Shown: one piece after another, positions 34,210 to 34,297 of the stretch | How the letters are laid out: each line of letters begins with the position of its first letter | Position numbering within the stretch: position 1 is the stretch's first letter | Origin: a virus | Taxonomy: Duplodnaviria > Caudoviricetes | Length of the DNA: 34,297 nucleotides | Virus record (IMG/VR): IMGVR_UViG_3300010043_000002 | Location: 1-34,297 of that record | Strand: one strand, 5' to 3' | Made by a program: the position numbers and the translations under genes | Notes under the pieces: generated by a model | The model's database searches: none | What the model was told of the DNA's origin: nothing | The model's input: the letters and a program-made list of their open reading frames with translations, nothing else

Positions 34210-34297
34210 TGATTTACTTCTTTCAGTTCTGAACGGAAAACACTCTCTTAAGGCCAGATATATGTCATGTATATCTGGCCTTTTTTTTGCCCTAAAA
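34175..34297. repeat. Terminal direct repeat (circular assembly overlap), copy 2
   Basis: Identical to 1-123. Confidence 0.95.

Larger units (their letters stand above)
1..34297. mobile_element. Complete circular temperate phage genome, probably tailless and membrane-containing
   Basis: Circularity, integrase, repressors, helicase plus origin, lysins and a structural operon lacking terminase/portal/tail genes. Confidence 0.8.

Overview
The window looks like the complete, circular (~34.17 kb; bases 1-123 repeat at 34175-34297) genome of a temperate bacterial virus that appears to be tailless. Its layout has five parts. (i) A left-end 'early' array of small hypothetical genes, nearly all preceded by the same GGCGCC hairpin + GAACACTAAACGGAG (RBS) element. 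(ii) A lysogeny module with an attP-like region, a tyrosine integrase, a DGQHR/ParB-like gene and two divergent Arc-like repressors. (iii) A replication/recombination module with an HTH excisionase-like gene, a RecT/Bet-like annealing protein, an AAA/RepA-type helicase followed by a TGTCAC-iterated palindromic origin, a ParB-DNA methyltransferase, hicBA and a serine resolvase. (iv) A ~15 kb minus-strand morphogenesis operon with no recognisable terminase, portal, tail or packaging ATPase. It encodes a transglutaminase-like Cys-His-Asp enzyme, many C-terminally membrane-anchored proteins (four of them paralogous), two extremely basic proteins punctuated by (R/K)xNP motifs, a GH19 lysin, a candidate capsid protein, beta-rich minor proteins, a spike-like protein and a membrane-anchored lytic transglycosylase. 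Two antisense homing endonucleases bracket the core-protein/capsid gene pair. (v) A divergent four-gene operon of unknown function. All product calls come from motif recognition by eye; no database searches were run.
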